Below, in pieces: positions 30,915 through 39,247 of a stretch of 64,000 nucleotides of DNA (position 1 is its first letter; each line of letters opens with the position of its first letter). The position numbers and the translations under genes are program-made. Source of the DNA: Entomomonas sp. E2T0 (lineage in GTDB: Bacteria > Pseudomonadota > Gammaproteobacteria > Pseudomonadales > Pseudomonadaceae). A model generated the notes under the pieces. The model was not told where the DNA came from. It saw only the letters and a list, made by a program, of their open reading frames with translations, and searched no databases. The DNA lies in contig NZ_CP094972.1 of assembly GCF_025985425.1 (NCBI RefSeq), positions 2,963,540 to 3,027,539 on the forward strand, written 5' to 3'.

Positions 30915-33086
30915 TTAATCATCAGTTTTTGGTGTGTCTTTTTTACCACTACTCGCTACTCGCTCAGCAGTTGCTGATAACAACTGTTGAATTGCTCCTT
31001 GAGCAACAGAGCTGCTATTTACAAAGCCATCAAGTGACTTGCCCACAGCCAATGCTTTAGAGAATTTCTCAAAGAATTCGCCTTCACCACCCACAACATC
31101 AATCTTCGTCTTAGCCAGACCAGCCGCCAATACTTCTGCTTGATCTTTAGCAATTTCTTTATTAGCAGCAATTGCAGTGATTGCTTGTTCGAAGGTTTTT
31201 TCCAATTGTAAACGGAACTCTTCATGGGCACGCGCACTATCAGAAAGAGCATTAAGTGAAGTAAATTTCTCAGCAAGACCCGTTGCTTCTGCTCTCATAC
31301 GTTTTAATAGTACTTCCGCTTCAGCATCACCTACATCACGGCTTACTTTGGCCTTCACGATACCTACTTGTTCTTCACCACGTGCTTGAGCAGATAGCTT
31401 TTCTTCCATCACTTTAGCTTCTACCAAGCCTTCTTTTTCCTTGGCAACAGCAGCAGCTTCAGTCACACGAGCTTCAACAAAACCTTGCTCTTCCTTACCT
31501 TTTGCTTCAGATAGCATAAGCTCCATTTGTACTTTAGCTTCAGCAAGACCTTGCTTCTCATTAGCATCTGCTTTAAATTCAATAACACGCGCCTCTGCTA
31601 AACCTTTTTCTTCAACAGCCTTAGCTTCTGCTATACCTCTTTCAGCCGTTAATTTTGCTTCTACTAAGCCTTCTTTTTCACGTACAGAAGCTTGTACTTC
31701 ACGAACTCTTGCATCCGCCAAACCAGGTGCCGCACGCTCTGCTTGAACACCTTCTGCCAAACGTTTTTGTGACTCCGCTTTTTTCGCAGCCGCCTCTAGT
31801 TCAGCCTGTGCCATATTATTAATTTCAACTGCTTTATGTTTAGATGTCTCTGCATCAGCTTCTGCTTGCTTCACTTGGCGAACTAAATCACGTTCTGCTT
31901 CTGCTTGTGCATCAATAATACTTACTTGTTTAGAGCGGTCAGCTTCTGAAACTTGACGTACTTCTTTAATAGCTTCTTCTTCCTTAGCTACCGTACGTTC
32001 AACAGCCACACGATCACGAATAATATTAGCAATCGCTGTACGCTCTGCTTCTAAGGCTTTTTCTTTATCAATACGTTGTAATTCAACTTCACGCTCACGC
32101 TTAACAATGGCTTCTTGTTGAGCTTGAGTTACACCTTCCTCTTGTTCAACTAACACACGCTTTTTATTTAACTCGGTAACTTCCAACTCACGTTGAGTAT
32201 TAATATCTGCTTTACCAATTTCTTGTTCAGCTTGTTTTTGAGCCACTTCTGCTTTAGTACGCTCTTCAGCTTGAACCTTCTGAGTTTCAGCTTCTTCACG
32301 TGCTTTAGTAGTCTCAATTTCACGTTTTTGTCTATTTTCAGCATCAGCTCTTTGACGCTCTAAAGCTAAAGTAGCCTCTTGAGTTTCAACATTTTTCTTA
32401 GTAATCGCTAAATCTTTATCGCGATCCAATTCATTCGTTTTAACAATTTCAGAAGAAGTTCTTTCAACAATCTTACGGATACCTTCTGCATCCATAATAT
32501 TAGTATTCTTTAAATGCTCAATTGGTGTTTGATCTAAGTAGTCAATCGCAGCATCTTCTAGTGAATAACCATTAAGATCTTCACCGATTGCTTGCATAAT
32601 TTCATCACGAAAACGCTTACGATCAGCAAATAACTCTTCAAAATTAAATTTCTTACCTACTGTTTTTAATGCTTCAGAAAATTTAGCATTAAATAAAGTA
32701 GCTACTGCTGTATGATCTGAGGCACGGTCAGCGCCTACTGATTTAGCTACTTTCAACACATCCTCTTGAGTGGCATTTACTTTAAGATAAAAAGCTACTG
32801 TAATATCAGCACGAATATTATCTTTACAGATTAAACCCTCTGTACCACGGCGATCAATATCCAAAGTAATCAAAGAAATTTTCATAAATTCCTTTTTATA
32901 AATCACTGGATAAACTAATGCACCAGTAAAAGTTACTTTAGGTATTGAAGATAAGGTATTAACAATCAATGCTGTACCTTGTGGCACTTTAATATAAAAA
33001 GACTTTACTATAAGTACACTAACTATAATAAGCCCTACAACAGCCGCAGCTATTATGCCAACAACAGCTAAAATTGACGAAAACAT
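30915..33086 (-). CDS. flotillin/SPFH (band-7) family protein, YqiK-like, with a long repetitive Glu/Ala/Lys tail
   Basis: N-terminal TM helix, then an SPFH domain (…TLDIDRRGTEGLICKDNIRADITVAFYLKV…). Roughly 350 aa of heptad-like EA-rich repeats follow (EKEGLVEAKLTAERGIAEAKAVEEKGLAEARV…). 723 aa. Confidence 0.8.
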   Translation of the reverse strand: MFSSILAVVGIIAAAVVGLIIVSVLIVKSFYIKVPQGTALIVNTLSSIPKVTFTGALVYPVIYKKEFMKISLITLDIDRRGTEGLICKDNIRADITVAFYLKVNATQEDVLKVAKSVGADRASDHTAVATLFNAKFSEALKTVGKKFNFEELFADRKRFRDEIMQAIGEDLNGYSLEDAAIDYLDQTPIEHLKNTNIMDAEGIRKIVERTSSEIVKTNELDRDKDLAITKKNVETQEATLALERQRADAENRQKREIETTKAREEAETQKVQAEERTKAEVAQKQAEQEIGKADINTQRELEVTELNKKRVLVEQEEGVTQAQQEAIVKREREVELQRIDKEKALEAERTAIANIIRDRVAVERTVAKEEEAIKEVRQVSEADRSKQVSIIDAQAEAERDLVRQVKQAEADAETSKHKAVEINNMAQAELEAAAKKAESQKRLAEGVQAERAAPGLADARVREVQASVREKEGLVEAKLTAERGIAEAKAVEEKGLAEARVIEFKADANEKQGLAEAKVQMELMLSEAKGKEEQGFVEARVTEAAAVAKEKEGLVEAKVMEEKLSAQARGEEQVGIVKAKVSRDVGDAEAEVLLKRMRAEATGLAEKFTSLNALSDSARAHEEFRLQLEKTFEQAITAIAANKEIAKDQAEVLAAGLAKTKIDVVGGEGEFFEKFSKALAVGKSLDGFVNSSSVAQGAIQQLLSATAERVASSGKKDTPKTDD

Positions 33087-33364
33087 TATAATGACTCTCC
33101 TACTCCAAATATAACAATGTTAAAACTTGTTTTAGTTTAAATAAGTAACTTTAATTATTTCTTAATAACTCATTAAGAAATAATTTTTTCTTTCTTTAGG
33201 ATATTTATTGTTTCAGAAAACCTATAGCTATCTCTTCTATTAGATAGCCATTTAAATCCTCTCCAACTAATATAAGAACCCCAACCCTAAACCTCAAAGA
33301 ACTCTCTAAATCTTGTACATCAACCAACTATAACAATCAATTTAAAAACTCAGCAATATACTAA

Positions 33365-34123
33365 TTATTCAAGTAATTCTCTATTCAAAAAGAATTTAAT
33401 TTTCTTTCTAATAATTGCTTGATAACTCTCTATCATTTGTTTGATTTTTCTAGACAAATCTTGCTGCTGCTCAATAATTAATTTTAACCGTCTTTCCAAT
33501 ACTTTTTTCTGTTCCACATCCCACATATGTCGGGCTTCTTGTTGCTGTTCAAATAACTTTGGATTAGTTTGTTCTAACTTATCCAATGAGGTTAGTTCTA
33601 CTTTATCAATATTCATATACTCCAGATTATAACCGTCTAATTGATTAGCTAATTGTGCAATGATTGCTTTACGCACCTTTCCCTGATCTTTCTCCAACAT
33701 CTCTAAAGGAAGTTGTTCTACTAGCTTTCTCACAATATTAGTTACGATAGGAGTCAGCGCCTTACTTACCGCTGACGCATTTGCCACATCAGCCACACCC
33801 ACTCTTTTAGCAGCCATTAATACTGATTCAGGAGAAAAATTAACACACAAGTTATAACTAATAACAATATCTAATAACAATTTTTCCTTACAAAACAGTC
33901 CATTACTATCCAAATAGGCTGTTTTAATCTGTACTGGTAAAATCTCCATTAACTGCTTTTTATCGGTAGGAAATGTCACTACATTTGAAAAATACACTTT
34001 TTGATCATTTACAATCAATGCAAAGTTTTGTGGCACTTGGGTATAAAATAGTTTAAAGAAAACAATAATACCCACTACTAATAGAATTATAGATATGAAT
34101 ATGGTTATAACTAAAGCAGTCAC
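33365..34123 (-). CDS. short SPFH/flotillin-like membrane protein (paralog of the downstream flotillin)
   Basis: 252 aa. The N-terminal TM and the start of the SPFH domain parallel the 723-aa flotillin (FYTQVPQNFALIVNDQ… versus FYIKVPQGTALIVNT…), but the repeat tail is absent. Confidence 0.55.
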   Translation of the reverse strand: MTALVITIFISIILLVVGIIVFFKLFYTQVPQNFALIVNDQKVYFSNVVTFPTDKKQLMEILPVQIKTAYLDSNGLFCKEKLLLDIVISYNLCVNFSPESVLMAAKRVGVADVANASAVSKALTPIVTNIVRKLVEQLPLEMLEKDQGKVRKAIIAQLANQLDGYNLEYMNIDKVELTSLDKLEQTNPKLFEQQQEARHMWDVEQKKVLERRLKLIIEQQQDLSRKIKQMIESYQAIIRKKIKFFLNRELLE

Positions 34124-34135
34124 TCTATTCCCCTA

Positions 34136-34828
34136 CTATAAGCCATTAAACTCATCTTCACTAACCACTCTATAAGCACCATCTTCTAGATATTCAATCA
34201 ATACAACTCTATCATTTCTTTGTAAAGTTAATGATTCATCTGCTCTAATTCTTAAATGAAGTCCAGCTCCTTTATCATCATAAATAGCCTCCCCAAATGT
34301 TTCTGTTACCTTACCCGATCTAACAATGGCAACTTGTCCAATGAGTGATGCTGCTGAAGTTGCGTTTTGCTCTTCATTTAATTTTTTAAAGATTCTACGT
34401 AAAGGCTTACATGTCCATCCGGTTAAATAGGCAGCAGGAAAGATAGAGGCTAAAAAAATAACGATACCAACTGGAATTTGTAATATCCCAAGCGGTATAC
34501 TAAAAAGCAGTAACTGAGCAAAATAACAAAGCGCCCAACCAATAAAAAAGAATACAGTCAAAATAATGGTTAAAGGGACTGAGTCCAAACCTAACTTCAT
34601 TAAAAAGCCAGCGAACCATCCACCTTGAATATCACCCGTATGAGTAACATCTAAATGACCATCTGAGCCATCTACCCCACCAATATCTGTATCTACACCA
34701 CCAAAATCTAAGACATCAATATCTAATAGACCTAAGGCAGCAACTCCCCAGAAAATAACAGCTACAAATATCAGAAAAGTATAAATAATTGTAGGAAAAG
34801 AAGAGATAGTACTAAAAAAAAGTTCCAT
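34136..34828 (-). CDS. YqiJ/NfeD-like inner-membrane protein (DUF1449-type; flotillin operon partner)
   Basis: Multi-TM N-terminal half plus a C-terminal soluble beta-rich domain (…GQVAIVRSGKVTETFGEAIY…RVVLIEYLEDGAYRV). This is the layout of YqiJ, the partner of YqiK in E. coli. Confidence 0.6.
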   Translation of the reverse strand: MELFFSTISSFPTIIYTFLIFVAVIFWGVAALGLLDIDVLDFGGVDTDIGGVDGSDGHLDVTHTGDIQGGWFAGFLMKLGLDSVPLTIILTVFFFIGWALCYFAQLLLFSIPLGILQIPVGIVIFLASIFPAAYLTGWTCKPLRRIFKKLNEEQNATSAASLIGQVAIVRSGKVTETFGEAIYDDKGAGLHLRIRADESLTLQRNDRVVLIEYLEDGAYRVVSEDEFNGL

Positions 34829-34927
34829 TATTATCTGAGCCTCCCCAATAAATAGCTCAACTATTCTATCCTAGCAATAGCCACTTACATAGATTTAATT
34901 CATGTAAGTGGCTTCTTTTTCCATAAA

Positions 34928-35632
34928 TTAAGATGAAGTTTTAGCTTGCTGCTTTTTCTTCAATCTTTCTAACACATCATTGGCACTACCTTCTTTAGCT
35001 AAGAAACCTGCCTCACGAAGTTTGCTATCTAATGCATCATCTGTTTCCATACTTTCTATTTCACTAGCAGCTTCCATTCTAGCACTACGCTCAGCTTGTT
35101 TCTTTTTAATACGCTCTAAAGACTCCAATGCAGTATGCATTTTATTTTGTGAGCCTGAATAACGACTAGCTACAGTGGCTTGTGCTTTTTGTACGCTTTC
35201 TGTCGCTTTAACGGTATCTACTTGCTGTTTCAAACGTTTAATATTAGCCTCTGATTGAGTAATTGCTTTACGTAAATCAGCTGCACTCTTAGAATATGCA
35301 CTTTCAGCTTCACGTTCAGACTCAAAAGCAGCTTCTAAATTAGCAATTTTCTCTGCTACTTCATGAGCTAGTTTTTCATCTTCCGCTTCTAACGCTTTAA
35401 ATGCATAACCTTCATACTCATCAATCTTAGCTTGTGTTTTCTTAACACGTTCTGCTGCTAATTTTTGTTTAGCCATAATTTCAGCTAAAGCTTCTTTAGA
35501 TTTGCGTAACTCAGCATCTGCATCACGGATTTCTTGGTCTAAAATACGTAATGCCTGTGTGTCAATAATTGCTTCACCTGCTTCGTGAGCACCGCCGCGT
35601 AACGCAGTAATTAATTTGCTCCACACACCCAT
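34928..35632 (-). CDS. PspA/IM30 (phage-shock protein A/Vipp1) family protein, YjfJ-like
   Basis: 234-aa all-helical coiled-coil protein beginning MGVWSKLITALRGGAHEAGEAIIDTQALRILDQEIRDADAELRKSKEALAEIMAKQKLAAERV…, with the PspA-family heptad register. It is preceded by a DUF2170 gene, as in E. coli yjfI-yjfJ. Confidence 0.75.
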   Translation of the reverse strand: MGVWSKLITALRGGAHEAGEAIIDTQALRILDQEIRDADAELRKSKEALAEIMAKQKLAAERVKKTQAKIDEYEGYAFKALEAEDEKLAHEVAEKIANLEAAFESEREAESAYSKSAADLRKAITQSEANIKRLKQQVDTVKATESVQKAQATVASRYSGSQNKMHTALESLERIKKKQAERSARMEAASEIESMETDDALDSKLREAGFLAKEGSANDVLERLKKKQQAKTSS

Positions 35633-35649
35633 CTCTCATTCCTCCTCAA

Positions 35650-36264
35650 TTAAACTTTTAAGTAATTTTCAAAAGCTTCCGTTGCTTTAATTACGTTATC
35701 TGACAATATTTCAATTTCAAACATTATATTTGAAAGACTTGATTCAGAACTTAGTGCTCCAAACATAATATAAAAATCATTTTCAGCAAGTTTTTCGATA
35801 CCTATAGTCGATAAGGGGAAAAACTTATGTGTTCTTAATACTTCTTCATTAAATGTATTAACATCTTTTACTGCATCTGTTGGCCACAAAATACTTTCTA
35901 CAATGATTTGTTCACCAACAACACTAATAAATACGGGTAAATCACCGAACTCGTGCATGATAATGTGTAAACTTGGGTCTGTCCCCTGTACCAATTCAAC
36001 ACTAGCACCGCCATTTTTAAATAGTTCAACGGCAGATAAAGCATCGAATAATTTATTACTAGTCCACATTGAAACAGCTGCTGTCATATTACTCTCCTGT
36101 GATAATGATTGAGTCATTCCTGCTGGTTGACGTAACTGTTTTTCAACGTTCAGTAACATGCGAGCATGCTCTGGCAGTATCCAAACTTCTTTTTTTATCA
36201 ACCCCTGCTCTCGCAAACGTTGACGGTATAGTCGTTGATAATGTGCTGATGTTTTTGTATCCAT
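35650..36264 (-). CDS. DUF2170 (YjfI-like) protein, first gene of the PspA-like operon
   Basis: 204 aa, soluble. Its position upstream of a PspA-family gene mirrors the E. coli yjfIJ arrangement. The family call rests on this synteny plus general similarity. Confidence 0.5.
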   Translation of the reverse strand: MDTKTSAHYQRLYRQRLREQGLIKKEVWILPEHARMLLNVEKQLRQPAGMTQSLSQESNMTAAVSMWTSNKLFDALSAVELFKNGGASVELVQGTDPSLHIIMHEFGDLPVFISVVGEQIIVESILWPTDAVKDVNTFNEEVLRTHKFFPLSTIGIEKLAENDFYIMFGALSSESSLSNIMFEIEILSDNVIKATEAFENYLKV

Positions 36265-36282
36265 GGCGTTACTATATCACTC

Positions 36283-36312
36283 ACATGTAATATTTTCAAT
36301 ATCATTACATGT
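36283..36312. promoter_or_regulatory. imperfect palindrome in the divergent promoter region of the PspA-like operon and the PPTase gene
   Basis: ACATGTAATAttttcaaTATCATTACATGT (arms ACATGTAAT / ATTACATGT). It lies 19 bp upstream of the YjfI-like start. Confidence 0.35.
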
Positions 36313-36362
36313 AAAAATTTATAAAATAATTTAAAAGATAAAATACTAATACAATTAATAAA

Positions 36363-37130
36363 TTGGATAATAAAAACCAAGATGGGCTAGTAAAGTTTTT
36401 ATTAACACTGCAAAATAATACAATGAATCCAGATAATATTCCTACCTTTTATTCATCTTTTTCTAAACAATGGGTTTTTCCTTTTGTAATGGAAAATGTT
36501 TGTTTATATCACTGCCGATTTAATCAACAACACTTTTCAGATATAGCTTATAAACAGCATGATATTAAACAGCCATCAGCTTTATATCATGCCGCCCAAA
36601 AACGTAATGCTGAATATTTAATTGGTCGGCTGTGTGCAAGAGAAGCCTTAAAAAATTTAAACATTAATGGCTATCCTTTATCAAGTGAAGATAAAAGCCC
36701 ACAGTGGCCCCTTCTAAGCTGTGGCAGTATCACTCACAGTCACCATGTAGCTGCTGCAATCGTAGCTCTAAAAACACATTGGCAATGTTTAGGATTAGAT
36801 ATTGAATTTTTGATTTCTGAGCAACGCAGTAAAAAACTATTAACTACTATTGTTAACCAAAATGAACAAAAACTAATAGGCAAAGATATTAGTCTATTTA
36901 CTACGCTTGCATTTTCAATTAAAGAAAGCCTATTTAAGGCATTGTATCCCATTACACTCAAGCGTTTTTATTTTGAGCATGCCGAAATCATTGATTGGAA
37001 TACTAGCGGGCAAGTTACCCTTAAATTACTGATTGATCTATCTGATAAGTGGCAAAAGGGAACATTAATTACAGGCCAATACTGTATAAAAGACAACTAT
37101 ATTTGGAGCTTAATAGGAATAGACAGCTAG
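36363..37130 (+). CDS. 4'-phosphopantetheinyl transferase, EntD/Sfp-type
   Basis: PPTase motifs: GLDIEF (metal-binding GxD), FSIKESLFKALYP ((F/W)SxKE(S/A)xxK) and an upstream SCGSITHSHH. The true start may be an internal Met. Confidence 0.7.
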   Translation: MDNKNQDGLVKFLLTLQNNTMNPDNIPTFYSSFSKQWVFPFVMENVCLYHCRFNQQHFSDIAYKQHDIKQPSALYHAAQKRNAEYLIGRLCAREALKNLNINGYPLSSEDKSPQWPLLSCGSITHSHHVAAAIVALKTHWQCLGLDIEFLISEQRSKKLLTTIVNQNEQKLIGKDISLFTTLAFSIKESLFKALYPITLKRFYFEHAEIIDWNTSGQVTLKLLIDLSDKWQKGTLITGQYCIKDNYIWSLIGIDS

Positions 37131-37135
37131 GCGCG

Positions 37136-37564
37136 TTAAAAACCAATTATTTTAACAGTTGCCCAATAGCCAAGGCCACCACTTATTAATAGAATTAAAG
37201 TCATTGGTATAATAGTAGAAACATGGTATTGCTCCATTAATCCCATTTGCCAATTAATTAAACGAATAATAAACCAACAATAGACACAAAAGAATGCAAA
37301 AAAAGCCCAATCATACAAAGCACTAGATAATAATGCGACAACAATAAATAAACCTACTCCAAGCTCTTCAGCAATAGAAGTTTTCCAATATTTTAATAAA
37401 GAGATGGCTACTATATTAGTTATACTTACTACTGCACAAGCCCAAACAAATTTACTATCAAACGATATAAAAGACACTAACCATAGCAATGCGAAAACTA
37501 TTGCAAGTAACAATAAAGCAAAAGCCATAAAGTTTAAAATCTTCAAAGACCTTATATTGTTCAT
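37136..37564 (-). CDS. small hypothetical 4-TM membrane protein
   Basis: 142-aa hydrophobic ORF with no family signature. Confidence 0.4.
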   Translation of the reverse strand: MNNIRSLKILNFMAFALLLLAIVFALLWLVSFISFDSKFVWACAVVSITNIVAISLLKYWKTSIAEELGVGLFIVVALLSSALYDWAFFAFFCVYCWFIIRLINWQMGLMEQYHVSTIIPMTLILLISGGLGYWATVKIIGF

Positions 37565-37698
37565 TTATTACCCCCAATAAAGCTTTATATATATTACTAA
37601 TAATATGTTACTTTTTATAACAAACATATTAAACAATAGGAGAATAAAATTAATTGCCTTTAGCTGAAGAAAAAAATAACTAGAAAATCACAAATAAT

Positions 37699-38388
37699 TC
37701 ATTTGATTACCAACTCAGCCAAACTATATAAAAATCCAGTACCCGCAATAGCTAATAATACGATACCAGATATTAGCACGATGATATTCTTAATATTATT
37801 TGAGGCTAATTTCCTTATAAATAATATATAGATACCCAAAATCACAAAATCTAACAGAATCCATAATAATGTTAATAAAAAGATACTTTTATTGAATGAA
37901 TCCGTTATCTTTATAAATTGCGGGAAAAAAGACACAAAGAAAATAATATCTTTAGGATTAGAGAGTCCTACTAAAAAACCACTTAGCAAGCCTCCCTTCT
38001 TAAAAGATTTACTTGTTGTACTGGTTATATTATCTTCAGATGTCAATTCAGTTGTAGCAAGTGACTTTATTTCTAAAGCTTCTTTAATTGACGAAATAGC
38101 AATATAACCAATAAACAAGCAACCGAATAGACTAATCGTATGAAATAATTTTGGACTAATAACAAGACTAGTTGAAATAATAAAGACAGCAACAAAAATT
38201 AATACTAAAGAAGCCCAATTGGTACCAAGTATTGTACCAAAAGCTTTATATGGCCCTGATTTTAATGCAGTATTAACCACTAAAAAAACAACAGGGCCAG
38301 GCGTTGCAATTAACATTAATGTTGTAATTACGTAAATCGTTAACAAACTCATATCCATTACTGCTATTTCCTTATATGTAATGGACAC
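37699..38388 (-). CDS. LysE/RhtB-family amino-acid/homoserine-lactone exporter
   Basis: About six TM helices. N-terminal ATPGPVVFLVVNTALKSG is the LysE-type (PGP) motif. The ORF's 5' end overlaps the upstream gene by 25 nt, so the real start is probably the internal Met. Confidence 0.65.
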   Translation of the reverse strand: MSITYKEIAVMDMSLLTIYVITTLMLIATPGPVVFLVVNTALKSGPYKAFGTILGTNWASLVLIFVAVFIISTSLVISPKLFHTISLFGCLFIGYIAISSIKEALEIKSLATTELTSEDNITSTTSKSFKKGGLLSGFLVGLSNPKDIIFFVSFFPQFIKITDSFNKSIFLLTLLWILLDFVILGIYILFIRKLASNNIKNIIVLISGIVLLAIAGTGFLYSLAELVIK

Positions 38389-39143
38389 TTCTTAAGCTCA
38401 AGTCCGCCCTGCTCTTCTAATTGATATTGACGCCACTCGTAATTCTCTTTCTCGCCATAGAATCCTAATGTTGAGGGAGTTACACCATTATTATAGACAC
38501 TGATTCTTTTTCTTATTTTTTCTCTAACTGTCTTTCCACCTCTAGAAGCAGCACTAGCAACTTCATCAAAGTTTTCTCTGGGATTAATTACTAAAACAAT
38601 ATGCTCACCTAAATTTCTACTTTTCATCACTTCATGTTTAGGACAGCTTATATTCACAAATAAAGGAACGCCATTAAAACAAAATGACCAATTTTCATCT
38701 TCAGTATTATGAGACACATCTAACGGCCATGGCGCTTCATCTTGATCATGCAGTTCCTGCAAAACATTCCATGCATAATTGTGCTCATCAGATAAACTGC
38801 TAAAAGCATTTCTTTCAAAGAAGATAACTAAAGGACTATATATTCTATCCCTAGCAGGAATATTTTTTACAAACTCTGTATATTCATGAAAACAGTTAGT
38901 TAAATCTTCACTAGGTCTATTAATAGAAGAGAAAAACAAATAGAACTGTTTTAACTTAATAGATTTTTTACCAAATAAACATGGAAAATTATCATTTTCC
39001 ATTGCATCTTCAAATTGTCCTAATGCTCTAAGCATCCAAACCCTAAAAAAGGGACTTTGTAAAAAGCTATCACCACATAACTCATTACGTTTAATCATGT
39101 ATTTGTAAATAGAATCCACGATTTTCACCTCACGCAAAAGCAA
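38364..39143 (-). CDS. YqcI/YcgG-family protein
   Basis: 259 aa with a …FPCLFGKK… segment resembling the conserved FPCxFG region of the YqcI/YcgG family. Assignment from memory only. Confidence 0.45.
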   Translation of the reverse strand: MLLREVKIVDSIYKYMIKRNELCGDSFLQSPFFRVWMLRALGQFEDAMENDNFPCLFGKKSIKLKQFYLFFSSINRPSEDLTNCFHEYTEFVKNIPARDRIYSPLVIFFERNAFSSLSDEHNYAWNVLQELHDQDEAPWPLDVSHNTEDENWSFCFNGVPLFVNISCPKHEVMKSRNLGEHIVLVINPRENFDEVASAASRGGKTVREKIRKRISVYNNGVTPSTLGFYGEKENYEWRQYQLEEQGGLELKKCPLHIRK

Positions 39144-39247
39144 TTAGACTTTTTTCCTATTCGCGTAAGATAATGCTGATTTATTTGCCTATTGAAAAAC
39201 GCAAAAATTTATGGCTTACTATGACTTTTAATCATGATCATTAAAAT

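Noticed and set aside
31177-31746. Two plus-strand ORFs (70 and 101 aa, Ala/Ser/Thr-rich) opposite the flotillin gene
   Set aside because: They lie antisense to the repetitive EA-rich tail of the flotillin. Their low-complexity composition is the mirror image of the Glu/Ala/Lys repeats, and there is no RBS or start context. They are shadow ORFs.
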